The notes beneath the pieces were generated by a model, which saw nothing but the letters and a program-made list of their open reading frames with translations, did no database searches and had not been told where the DNA came from. The position numbers and the translations under genes are program-made. From contig NMRA01000004.1 of the NCBI GenBank assembly GCA_002633005.1, forward strand, positions 2,286,392-2,350,391: a stretch of 64,000 nt of DNA. Reading direction: 5' to 3'. The stretch is from Phoronis australis (taxonomy: Eukaryota; Animalia; Phoronida). This document shows positions 53,153 through 64,000 of the stretch, one piece after another. Numbering within the stretch: the stretch's first letter is position 1; each line of letters begins with the position of its first letter.

Positions 53153-56100
53153 ATTATATACCCTGTTTACATCGATGTTTTGACCCGTCGAAAGAAGTTC
53201 CTCTACAGAAGAGTTAGCGTCAGCGTAAATGTACAATCACAACTCCTGAACCAAAGCACCCAATCTAATGAATTTATGAGTAACAAGCATATTTGAACTG
53301 ATGTCTGAAAATTGTGTTGGTGTTTCTTAGCTTTACATGTATACGTGTAACATAAACAGAAGGATAACAATTGCAGATAATGAACAGGCAATGCGTAAAA
53401 GGGAAAACAACTAATTATACGAAAAGGCTACACTATTAGTTTACCTTGCAGCGAGGCAGGCAATGAAGACATTGGTGTTAAAAAGATGCAATATGCTTGA
53501 TCGTCACTAAAATTTAATGTGGGCAACGTGCAACACTTACGATTTCGGAACGTGCTAGTTCCTTGTACACTCAGTGGGGAAGATCAGCTCAGGAAATAAG
53601 CGATATCTTCAGCTTGCAATTATATACCGGGGTGCATCGTAAAATTTGAGTTGTGTATTTTAGGAAAAGGGAGTACCGAGCAAAAATACGCTATACCTTA
53701 ATTCGACGCAACGCGACTGGCTTCTTTGCATGCATCTTTCGGACGGTTCATCTAATACACATAACACAGAAATTGTTGAAAATGAACAAGTTCTTGTGTC
53801 AACTGCTGTTGAATAGCCCTATATCTGTATCCTTATGTTTTGAGTTGTTAAATCCAAATTCATTTCAAAAAAGACTTTATCAAAGCGAAAACCACAAAAA
53901 TTTCAGGATTGTTTTTGCAATAAAAATGTTAGATGTAATTTTGTAATTAAAGGCATTCAGTTAGTATACCCGTATCACATGTACATATACTAACACTGGT
54001 ACAAGTTTACACTAGAAGTTGATTCGAAATGGCCCTTAACTGCACTTTCATATAAACGCACCATTTTGTTACTAGTATAATGTGTGTGTTTCCATTTTGG
54101 TTGCAAGAGGAGTTTGTCGTTGACTTACGGAACACGCATACTGCGGTTTGTAAAAGTTATCATCACATATAATTATGCAAAATCGGCCATTCAATACGCC
54201 CTGGAAATATTCCGTAAAATACGCCGTGAAACACGAGAGCCAATCCGTCTACGGTGGTAGAGGCTGTATTTCACTATTCTCACGGTTGAAGTTCAGTCTC
54301 CTGATCGAGTGAGTTCGAGTTTACGATGGCAAATTTGTTTGGGCCCGTTCATTTGGTTTACCTACATGTACATGTGCAACACTGATCTAAAGCGTCTTTC
54401 CTGAAAAAGCCGTTTCACTGCTCTAAACACTATAAGCTTTCATCAAAGTTTTCCTACGCAAATTTCGACGCACGGTGTTAAGGAGGTCATGCTGCTTCTC
54501 TGGCTTTAATTTAAGTCAAGAAAAATAGATAAATTTCCTACATAGCTTCCCCAACAAAATCAGGAAAAAATCTAATTCAAATCAAACGTAAACGTTATGT
54601 CATGGATGCATAAAATGAATCTACAATGAGAACTAGGATTTTTACACGAAATTAATACCTATTATCGATTTTGTGTTTTTTACCGAAACATCGTCTGCTC
54701 GCAGCGTTCCTCGACTCTCCCACGCCTGTGGCGTAAAATCTGCGATACAGTCCTTACCTCAAGTTCTGCGAATCAGCACAGTTTACACCACTGTTTTCCA
54801 AACAGGGGGGACACATTTCTATTACTATTTTCATTCCATGAGGTAAGACCCGAACATAGACCTAGAAAACTAAGAAATTCATCGAACCTGAAACAATACG
54901 CTGCACAACTGTTTTAACTTAAAAGTTGATGTTTTTATATTCCCGGATAAATCGTTTCAAGTTTCTGACGAATTTTTATATTTATTCAGTGTTCATCGAT
55001 TTAACTTGTATATTTCCCGAACTGAAAATTCTTATAAATTTGTTAGACCTTGACTAGCTACAGTGTATTCACCGTCAAAGATAACCTTATCGCTCATTCG
55101 GCACGGTTAACCGGACATCTATAGACCTAATTCACGCCGACAGGAGGCGCGTTCTAAAACGAGGCTCGTTACGGTAGCTCTGTTGGCTTTTCGTCAAATT
55201 TGACGACAATTTTGTGAACTTAAACGTGGAAGAGCATGCCACGAGTGATACTCAGTAGTTCCTTGAAGTTGTTGAGTAAATGTGGTCCAGTAATTTTGTC
55301 TTTGGTGCTATCTACCCGCTGTGATAGGCCCGGCAATTTCAATACCCGTTCTTGTTTAGTGGAAGGTTTTGGGTGGAATACAGAGAAGTAGAATTGTGCA
55401 AAAATCTGGTTGGCAATGACACACATTTCAACCTACATTTCTGGAATATAGGAAGCAAAAACATTTTGGATTCGTGTACCCTCTCTAGCACCGGGACAAT
55501 TGTGAATTTGTGACTTAAGGTATGAACAGGCGAAAATCGAATTTCTTGGCCATCATTTGTCATCTTGATTTTTTCTGATGGACGTAGAAAGACAAACGGA
55601 CATGGCTCTGGTGAATTTCTTAATTTTGAGAAGTCTCAATGAGTGTATTTTCTGTAAGTTGTGTCTTTCTTCAAGTGTGTTAAGACAAGGTGGAAGCAAG
55701 GGTTTTTATTGACCCAGACAAGCGATGACGTCCAATTCAGCCATTCGAACTGCGGTCTTGCCCTTAGTGGTACATCTACCGAGTACCAACACGGAAGATG
55801 TACCAGCTGTCCAATTACATAAAAATCGTTTCCACATTCTATGAAACATTTCAAAGAATAACCTTAATTTAAGATGACTGTTTATTATCTATGTTGATTA
55901 TTTCCTTATTGGAAATGCCGCAAAATTCATGTGAATCAGGTAAAATTAACCAGCTTCCTACCAAGAGGTACTGAATTCAGCCTCTTCCGCGTAATGTATG
56001 ACAAAACTGGTTAAGTGTAGTGCAGTAGAATGACTATTCCTTATCTTACCCCTTAAGTACGACGAATGATGGGAAGTTGTATTTTTGATGTTAAGTTGGC

Positions 56101-56549
56101 TTGGTTCACATAACTTTCGGGCCTTCTTCGGGTGGTGATTCAGTATCGAAATATTGAAAATTCCCCTGCCTCTCCCGTCATGTACTACACTTAGTCATAA
56201 GTAGGCTATATCATGCACTCTATACCTCACCTATTCTCAATCCCCATTACGGATTTTTCTACTTCAGTATTCATCCTTCCGCGGCAATGACAAAAATTTG
56301 GCAAAAGACGTCTCACGCATTGGAGGGGCACGCTTATCACTCCCATGCTATCATCGCTCGTTCTGAGTATCCACCCCTGGCTTGCAGGTGTTGTCCCTAC
56401 GGGCTCCTTTAATATGTAACAATTCTTGTTGCTTATCATTATCTTCAGTGACTTCAATACCAACCCTTTACGACGGTGTTCTAACACCAGATCGTGTGCG
56501 TGTGTAAGTGGAGACTTGAATGGAAATTGAAACATTGATCAAGATGAAT

Positions 56550-58010
56550 GGGGTTGTTCTCAGTCTGAAATTCCAAGACCCCTTCGACCCGCTATTCCTT
56601 TGACCAACGACCCCATCGACCCAGGACGCACGATCTGCTCTGACTCAAGACTGGTGCAATTGTTTACAATATGACGACATTGACCTACTCACATGATTCT
56701 GGTATCGTTCGATTTCTCGCAACGTTATCCTTTCTAAAATATATGAATGTATCCCCTACCGCGTTTCCTCCTTATTTTATCGTCGAATTTTGTTTCGCAC
56801 TATTTCCCGGTTGACACCGCCATGTTAGCTCAACTCAAGATTACAGCGCCACCTGTTGTTAATGAATGACACAGCATCATCGATTCTGAATGGTGTTTGC
56901 CCGCGCGATATTCCCGCTAAAATTTTCCTGACATAGTATGGAGGACAAGTAGCAGCATTCCTCATTTTCCAATTTTTCCAATTGTGATCATTTGAAAATT
57001 TTTCCACGAAATTGTCTGAAGTGATAGGCCTACCCTTTTCACCAATTTGGTCCTCAAAAACAACCTTCGCCTTTTTAACGGATTCTTGCTAGCGGATGCG
57101 TACCAATGTCGCCACAGGATCGAATTAGAACCCTTGGGACCGTAACACGGGTAGGGGATAGACGGGTCTCGGTCAATTTGAACTTATGAAAAGCGACGAT
57201 CTGCAGAAGGCGGTAGATTAGCTTAGTTTTTGACCGACAGGGGACTCCTTCCATTCAACATTGCGATAATACTACCGAGTACCCGCCGGGAAATAGTGCG
57301 AGGAGAAATTTTACGATAAAATACTAAGGGAACGAGGTAGGAAAAATTTCTGTGCACTTTTGGAAAGATAACTTTGCAAGGATTCAAACGATACTATAAA
57401 TGTGTAAGTCAACGTCGTTATATTGTAAACAATTACCCCGGTGGCTTGTAAAACAGAGTGGCGTAAGAGCATTATCTGAATGGCGGATTGTGAGTGTACT
57501 CTCGTTGTCACAAAAACAACGGCTACATGTACCAATGGCTCTGTTCTAGTAAACTTAGGTTGACAGTATGTTAACGTGTAATAACTTCATTTTTATCATG
57601 TCCTTCCTGTCGTATACTCGTTTACAATAAAGTACATGTAACTTTGGGATGTTTTTTAGTGAACAGCTTGATTTTGAAACTATTAACTGAGGAAGTTGCC
57701 CTTTCATTGCCTTCTAGCATTCTTCCAAAAATAGCTTGAACACACCACTCACTGAATACCAGACGAGACGAATACACTATCGCCGGGAATGAGACGATTT
57801 GTTACGTTGATACGCGGCGTAGGCTTTTGATGTGGTGTGGTCGCGTTTTTATTCTGTTTTTGCATTTCAAACTTGTTGAATCGACTCCCTTACTTGAAAA
57901 AATAGGGAAAAGCCAACCAAGCTCAAGGCCAGACTCGTTGGTATTGCAAGTTTTGGCTTGTTCTAGGTTCGGATTGAGTCGAGCTTTCGCAAACTGTGTA
58001 GAGTTCAGTA
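56550..58010. mobile_element. Longer, decayed copy of the 61271-62140 element family
   Basis: Begins GGGGTTGTTCT, has CCCCTTCGACCC repeats and TCTGCTCTGACTCAAGACTGGTG (compare 61485-61508). 57745-58000 aligns with 61805-62060. Confidence 0.55.
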
Positions 58011-59344
58011 ACGCTAGGATCTTCGCTAAAATCTAGCCAAAGTCATGTGTACCGTTTTAAAATACACGATGATATCTAAGGTAATCTCGCGCGAAGCCTT
58101 GCTTTTAATCGAGAACCTACATGTAGCGTCACTGAACTCTACACTGTACTCTGACTACACCTATCGACTACAACAAGGAGGCCTTGCACGGGGTGGTAAC
58201 CCACAGAAAGGTACTATACGCAGTGTGTTCCGCTCACTCGGGTGGGTATTTCCGCCTCTCTGGTATACGTTCGGGTTGCTCGATTAATTTTAAATAATTA
58301 CTATTGACAGGATAAATATTGATTATGTAATTTTAAAACCATGGGCTCAAACTTCTTTACTTGTACTCTACTTGTGTATTAGATGTTTTTACCTCTTTTG
58401 TTCTGAGGTCAATGCGCTGTGACGAATCTAAAATTTCAAAGATCAGGTCTTAGCAACCAATGTGGTTTTTAGTAACTAATCGTTAAGTAAGTGGATTATT
58501 ATAATTTGAGCAGAAGTCTGGAAAATATTCAAATGGAATTTGACGTTGAAGCTATAGGACTTGCTTCAGTGTACTGAAGAAATAGTATAATAGAGAGATC
58601 TCGTGGAAGATTCTAAAGATTACCTTGGTTAAGGAACAGGAAATTAACTACAAGATCAATTGCCATGCCAACACGTGTTGCATTACGAAGGACTATGACC
58701 AACAAGAGGAAACTTCCCACACCTCAATCAGTGTTGCGTCACGAAGATCTGTGACTTGCAAGATAGTGTGTTGTAAGATACTGCCAATCGTGTCCTTGCG
58801 TCGCGATAGACCGTGGCCAGCGTAGTTTATCGTTGGTAGAACGTTACTGCAGACTTGTGTTGCGTAGGGAAGGACTGTCACAAATGGTACAGTACATGTA
58901 TGTGTTAGTACGATGATCGACCAACAGGACTATCATCTCACGAGTGTCGAATCCTACAGCCTGGATAGCGATTAAGACGCTTATGGTTAATTGATTAAAG
59001 TTGTCCTTACAGAGGGCCCTAGCGTAGTTACTCTTCTTCATCGTTAGTGCACCTTATTAACAATAGGTTTCACTTGTTTTAATTAATGATAGTTATATGA
59101 ATTATTATTACTCCATTTAAGAGTTCTCTCTCCATCAATGCACAATCACAAAGCATAGCCACTTTTTAAACTAAACCCACAGTCAAATTTTGACTATACT
59201 TCTGACATATACATATAGTACTGTCCGAAGTTTACGAAATATAATTACACAAACACTGTTTATGTGAATTTATTACCACGCAGTCACGCTGCATGGTTTC
59301 CAAAGCAGGAATGTGAGTTAGTAGAACTGCTGCCAATTGGCGAG

Positions 59345-62300
59345 TTATCCGAAGAGGAACCCGGACAATTCAGAATCAGACTTCATTCCTAAAACAAAAT
59401 ATGTGAGAGTATACATATAGAAATATCACATTGTGTAGCACTGAAATGTCACACGATGTGAATACATTATTAGCGTTTACTGTAAGAATAGTTTTTATGA
59501 AATTTGTTTATTTACAAAAGTTACGTGTAGGAACAGTGTATGTGCTAGGAAACATCTCCGTCTTCAACCGCATGTACTTTGATGCAAAACCTTAACTAGA
59601 AACACTGGAAAAGAGTTAACACTACGGGACCCCTTTTTGGCAGTTTGCTCATTACAAAGTATTTTTACTTAATCTATGTTCATGATTTAAACGCCATGTG
59701 CAGGTTGTCAAAAGTTCGCGAAACTAAATCTGTTAGTCTAAGGAGGTGTTGTCAAATTAAATCCAATGGCAGTTGACGTGATTGCCAAAATCAGTCTACG
59801 ATGCAATAAGACAATCTGAGGTCAGCTGCGCAGAGCATTTAGCATAGTTGAACGAGGTACCGAAATTTGACAACAGGAGCACTTGGAGTGCCATCCAAAG
59901 TGTACTGAAATAGATGTCTCTCGCCGTCTGCACTCTGCGTGTGGCTCCTGGGGTCCTTATCAGGAGGACAAGACTGAGCTGGGTCAGATACACCGGGTAC
60001 CGGCCAAAATTGTTTTGAAATGAACAATCGCGTGACACTGAGCACCGAATGATCTACATGCATTGCGGAAACACATCCTCCAAAATTGAGCTAGCTCGAA
60101 TCTTCGAGGTTACACAGAAACTCTATGTAATAGAGTACAGTGATCACTAAATAGCCAATCTCAGACGAAATACACTCTGGCTCGGGCCACAGTTGTCCTC
60201 AGCTTCCAATTGCACCCGATACACACTACAAGGTATGAAGGAGGACTAAGAATTCCACGGATGCTCCATTTCACTTACATATCAAACTAACAAATTTACA
60301 CAAAACGGGTTCAGAAAACCATAAGCAATTGTTCTTTCTTCTGATAACATTTACAGTTTCGTGCTTCAGGGAGGTCGCAACAACTTCGAGGTCAAAAAAC
60401 AAAAATCTTTCTAAAAATCCGATGCGTACCCACTTCAGAGTGTCTTACGTAAATTTCCGATTTGTCACGGAATGTCACGACATCAATAACACCACACTTA
60501 GCCAGAATATTTCGTAACCTTCCGCGATGAAAAGGCAACTGACGATGCTGGCAATGTTGTTCACAAGGATTGACCTTGTTAGTGAAGGATAACTGAATTA
60601 GCGCAAAGCTGTTCGAAATTTACATGTATGTAAATTCACATTATTTCATTTATGTTATCACGTAATGAATGAAAGTATATCAATTAAACATTGAATTATA
60701 AATCAGTGCTGACAAAAATGAAACTCGATCAGTTTGGGCACGAAAAACCAAACGTTTTCAGTTGAAACAAATACTAAAAATACAATCGTGTGGTAAATAT
60801 CGAGCCTACGATCCGTTACTTTGTGAAATGCAGAGCGTGGCTTAACTAATTGTGCTTTGCAAGCAGCGTTGATGTTTCAAATCAAGTCTTTGGTGCTAGC
60901 AAAAGAGTCAAGAGGGTTTATTATCAATCGTCTGGCATCAAGACCAGTGGAGTATGTAGTCCAACAACCCTCCAACCTGAGATGGACAATGTACAGTATG
61001 GTGAAAACAGACAAGACTAATGCTTACCCAGATGAATTCGTCAATCAGCAACAATCTCACAAAGAATAACGAAAGTGGACGAACCGCTTCACAAACTACA
61101 TGCCTCCCATACATGTACATACGTGGAATCTCTGAGAACCTAGGATGCATATCCGAGGAACTCAAAACGAGAACTACATGTATATATTGTAGTCAAACTA
61201 AAAACAGGCATCGGTGTTTCAGGTAATTTTAGTAGTCAGTAACCTGTAATGAATCACTTGCTTTCAACGGGATTGTTGTAAAACCCCTCGTCCCCCCACA
61301 CCCCTCGTCCTCCTTGGCCCACGACCTACTCAACCCACAACCCCTTCGACCCACGACCCCCTCGACCCAAGACCCCCTCGACCCACGACCTGTTTCCAAA
61401 AGAGTTAATTTTGCGCTTTTTACATGTTTCATAATCGTATTACGTAACTGAGTGACTTTCTCATACGACATACCTACACGCGAGTCTGCTCTGGCTCAAG
61501 TCTGGTGATTAAAAACAGAAAGTGGCGCGAGAACGTGATCTGAAATAGCGCATTGTGAGCGCGCTATCGTTGTCACGGAGTAGTTCCACGAGCGGCTACA
61601 AATTGCCCAGTTCCAGGGAGAGAGTGCGTTAACTTCAATGTATATAATTTTACATTTTTTATTATTTGCTTTCTGCCGTAGGCCTGTAATCGTTTACACT
61701 ATACTCCATAACGTTAAAATACTTTTTAGCTAACAGTTTGTTTTTTTCAAACTGTGTTACTGATAAAATTACAGTTTTATCTGATCCTTGCACTGTCCGC
61801 AAAAAAGGTTGAATCCGTCATTCATTGAAGAGCAGACGAGGCGATTACACTCTGCCGGTAAGATTTGAGACGTTGGTTGGTCTTTGATTTGGTTAGGTCG
61901 CGTTGTTTTTTTTTCTGTTTTTGGCTCTCAAACTTGCCGTACTGACTCTCTTAATTGCAAAAGAACAGGGACAAGCAAACCCAGCTCACGGCCCGAATCA
62001 TTAGTCCTGCAAGTCAGCGCTTGTTCTATGTTCAAATCGAGTCGAGCTTGTGTAGACTGGGTCAAGGGGTGAGGCAATCGTGGGTCGAGGGGGTCGTGGG
62101 GTGTGAGGCCAAGTGGGTCGAGAGGTTTTTAGAACAATCCATTTAACGTGCTACCTTGAAATTTAAGCTAGGTGACTGATGAGTGCCCTTTTGGGTTTTC
62201 TGTGTGACCTTTCTAGAGTGAAATGTTCTCCCACTGCTGATGCTCAGTGTTCCGCGATTGTAAATTTAAGTTACATCTGTGAGCTACCTTTAATAGATAA

Positions 62301-62866
62301 TCTATCTCAATTTTGACAGCAACAAAGGTCCCCAGGTACCAGACGTGGAGTGCAGAAACCGACAGATATCCGGAGTTGTGGTACACTGGAGTGATCGTCT
62401 GAGATGATGACCGTTCGTACATTTACGTTTTAACTTAAAAGTACTGCCTCACCGAATAAGCCACACAATAAAAAACAAAGACAATGGAATTAGCCAATCT
62501 AGATAAATAAGTAATAACTAGCCTCTCAGCCGCTTTTACATGCTGACCACATGCAATTCTCGTGTTTGTGATAAGCAACTTTGAGTGAAGGCAGTTGAAC
62601 AATGTTTAACGTAAATGAAACCAACTCAGGTTTTCATATACATGTATGTGGCAGTTGATGATCGCTGACTTCACCATATGCCTACCGGTATCTTTCCCAT
62701 TCAAAGAGCGTGCCATGTTTTCTCCAGTATCTTCAGAAACTCTTTTCCCTCCTCGTAATCGCCGACCAGTTGCTTCCCTCTTGTAACTTCGTTTCTTCTC
62801 GTTCGCATCAACGAGAGAAAGTAGAAAAAGTGCAATCAGCAAAACTGATACCCAGGCTCGGCGCAT
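59345..62866 (-). CDS. Secreted peptide precursor, paralog 2 (74 aa, C-terminus SGFLFG*)
   Basis: Exon 1 is 62866-62686 (181 nt, donor GTAGGC). Exon 2 is 59388-59345 (44 nt, same catattttgttttag acceptor). Protein: MRRAWVSVLLIALFLLSLVDA-NEKKRSYKREATGRRLRGGKRVSEDTGENMARSLNGKDTGMKSDSELSGFLFG*. AATAAA on the minus strand at 59274-59269. Confidence 0.82.
60880..61225 (+). mobile_element. Penelope-like retroelement fragment (region C-terminal to the RT)
   Basis: NAYPDEFVNQ ... CLPY(MY)IRGISENLGCISEELK resembles the PLE motif NGYP..FI...LPYI.G.SE.I.R.L. Frameshifted. Confidence 0.6.
61271..62140. mobile_element. MITE with TIRs and subterminal ACCCCTCGACCCACG repeat arrays, in the intron of peptide paralog 2
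   Basis: GGATTGTTGTAAAACCCCTCG / CGAGAGGTTTTTAGAACAATCC. Tandem ~15-nt units at 61283-61390 appear inverted at 62060-62125. Confidence 0.75.
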
Positions 62867-63697
62867 TTTGGTTATTTGGAATGTCTGTTTCAATGACCTT
62901 CCAGGTGTTTGATTGAAAAAGCGGTTTGTGAATGTCTATCACGAAGTGCTAAGAGTTATACATGTAAGGCTGACACCAAAAGACCAGCCCCTATAAGTGC
63001 AACATATGGCGTTCAGCCCATCAATCGTCTCACTTAATGTTATGCAGGACCTAGTATGGGCAACGGAAAGTGCAATCATTATTATAAAAATATCCTTTTG
63101 TAAATTCAATACTATTAAAACATTAATCCAATTTCATCAGTTTTTGGCCACAATAAGATTAAAAACCGGACGATCGCCGCACAAATAAAAGAGTTCATGT
63201 TCAATTGAACGTCTCGTCTTTTCATTAGACATCATCAGGATCATATTTACAAAAATTTAGGACAACGAGTGCCAACATACAGCTCAGGTAACATCCGTAG
63301 ACTGAAGTGAGGGCTACATAGAATATGGTCAGTAGCTGGTCATCACAATATTTGCAGGGTCACAGAGCTCTGCATGTTATTCAGAGAATCAGTGGCATGC
63401 TGGTTCTGAATGGCCAATGACACTTTAATGTACAGTAACTCCTTATTAGGTTCTTTGCAGATAATACTAACAGAGTTGGTTTGGTGATTGTAGCTAATAC
63501 AATGCCTATATATGTTACTTTTCTCTGAGGTGTGATGTTCTTTCAACCTGTCACAGAGGCGTCTCTGTGTGAGTCCTATACATTGTAGAATTCCTTACAG
63601 TTGTCACATTCAACATTATACACAACATTGATCTTATTGAACAAGAGCAATGTTGTGTATATCCATAATCGCATCTCCATAATCAGTGAAATTATTG

Positions 63698-63793
63698 GGA
63701 TTTTTCTAAAACCCGTCGACCCCTACACCAGACTACTACTTCGATCCACGACCCCCTCGATCCACAACCCCCACGACGATTTTAGAACAATGC
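63698..63793. mobile_element. ~95-bp miniature member of the same TIR family
   Basis: GGGATTTTTCTAAAACCCGTCGACCC...CCCCCTCGATCCAC...GATTTTAGAACAATGC. Confidence 0.55.
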
Positions 63794-63865
63794 AAATTAT
63801 TATTGCAATGTATGTGTATAAATAATTATGTGCATACATGTATATCTATACAAATGAATTTATAT

Positions 63866-64000
63866 GTATGTGCGTGCTCATTCGTGTGCGTGCGCATTCG
63901 TGTGCGTGCGCGTGCGCATTCGTGTGCGTGCGCGTGCGCTTGCGTGCGCGTGCGCTTGCGTGTGTGTGCGTTTACCTGTGTGTGCGTACCTGTGTGTGCA
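63866..64000. repeat. (GTGC/GTGT)n compound microsatellite
   Basis: Alternating purine-pyrimidine tandem repeat running to the window end. Shorter (CACG)n tracts occur at ~677-700 and ~7397-7431. Confidence 0.9.

Noticed and set aside
61283-61390. CRISPR-like array
   Set aside because: Degenerate ~15-nt tandem units without unique spacers, mirrored at the other end of a MITE, in a eukaryotic context with no cas genes.
57827-62072. Similar short ORFs at 57827-58036 and 61884-62072 as a second paralogous gene pair
   Set aside because: Both start at TTG and lie within copies of the same TIR element, so the similarity is repeat-derived.
62176-62230. Hammerhead ribozyme core CTGATGAG (also at ~27233)
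   Set aside because: No GAAA directly after a stem II, and no closing stems with an NUH site could be built by eye.

Overview
AT-rich, intron-containing animal genomic DNA. It is probably a marine invertebrate (lophotrochozoan-like; TACATGTA is very frequent), but this is an inference. Most ORFs in the six-frame track are exon read-throughs or noise. Five spliced genes could be rebuilt by hand: (1) the 3' part of a single-pass Sushi/CCP-array receptor with an atypical SUEL lectin domain (+, <1-9949); (2) a membrane-anchored IgGFc-binding-N-domain protein (-, 13943-18075); (3) a 300-aa secreted protein of unknown family (+, 43080-47186); (4,5) two paralogous two-exon genes (-, 47895-51137 and 59345-62866). 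Each of the last two encodes a 74-aa Cys-free secreted precursor with a conserved signal peptide, a highly divergent basic mature region and a conserved C-terminal SGxL[Y/F]G-stop, which suggests amidation. This peptide pair is the most novel-looking system in the window. The rest is transposon debris: a three-layer nest (THAP/Kolobok-like element > 17-bp-TIR element > HIRAN fragment), four CA..TG elements with 5-bp TSDs, a MITE family with subterminal repeats, RTE and Penelope fragments, tRNA-derived repeats, microsatellites and a 332-nt assembly gap.
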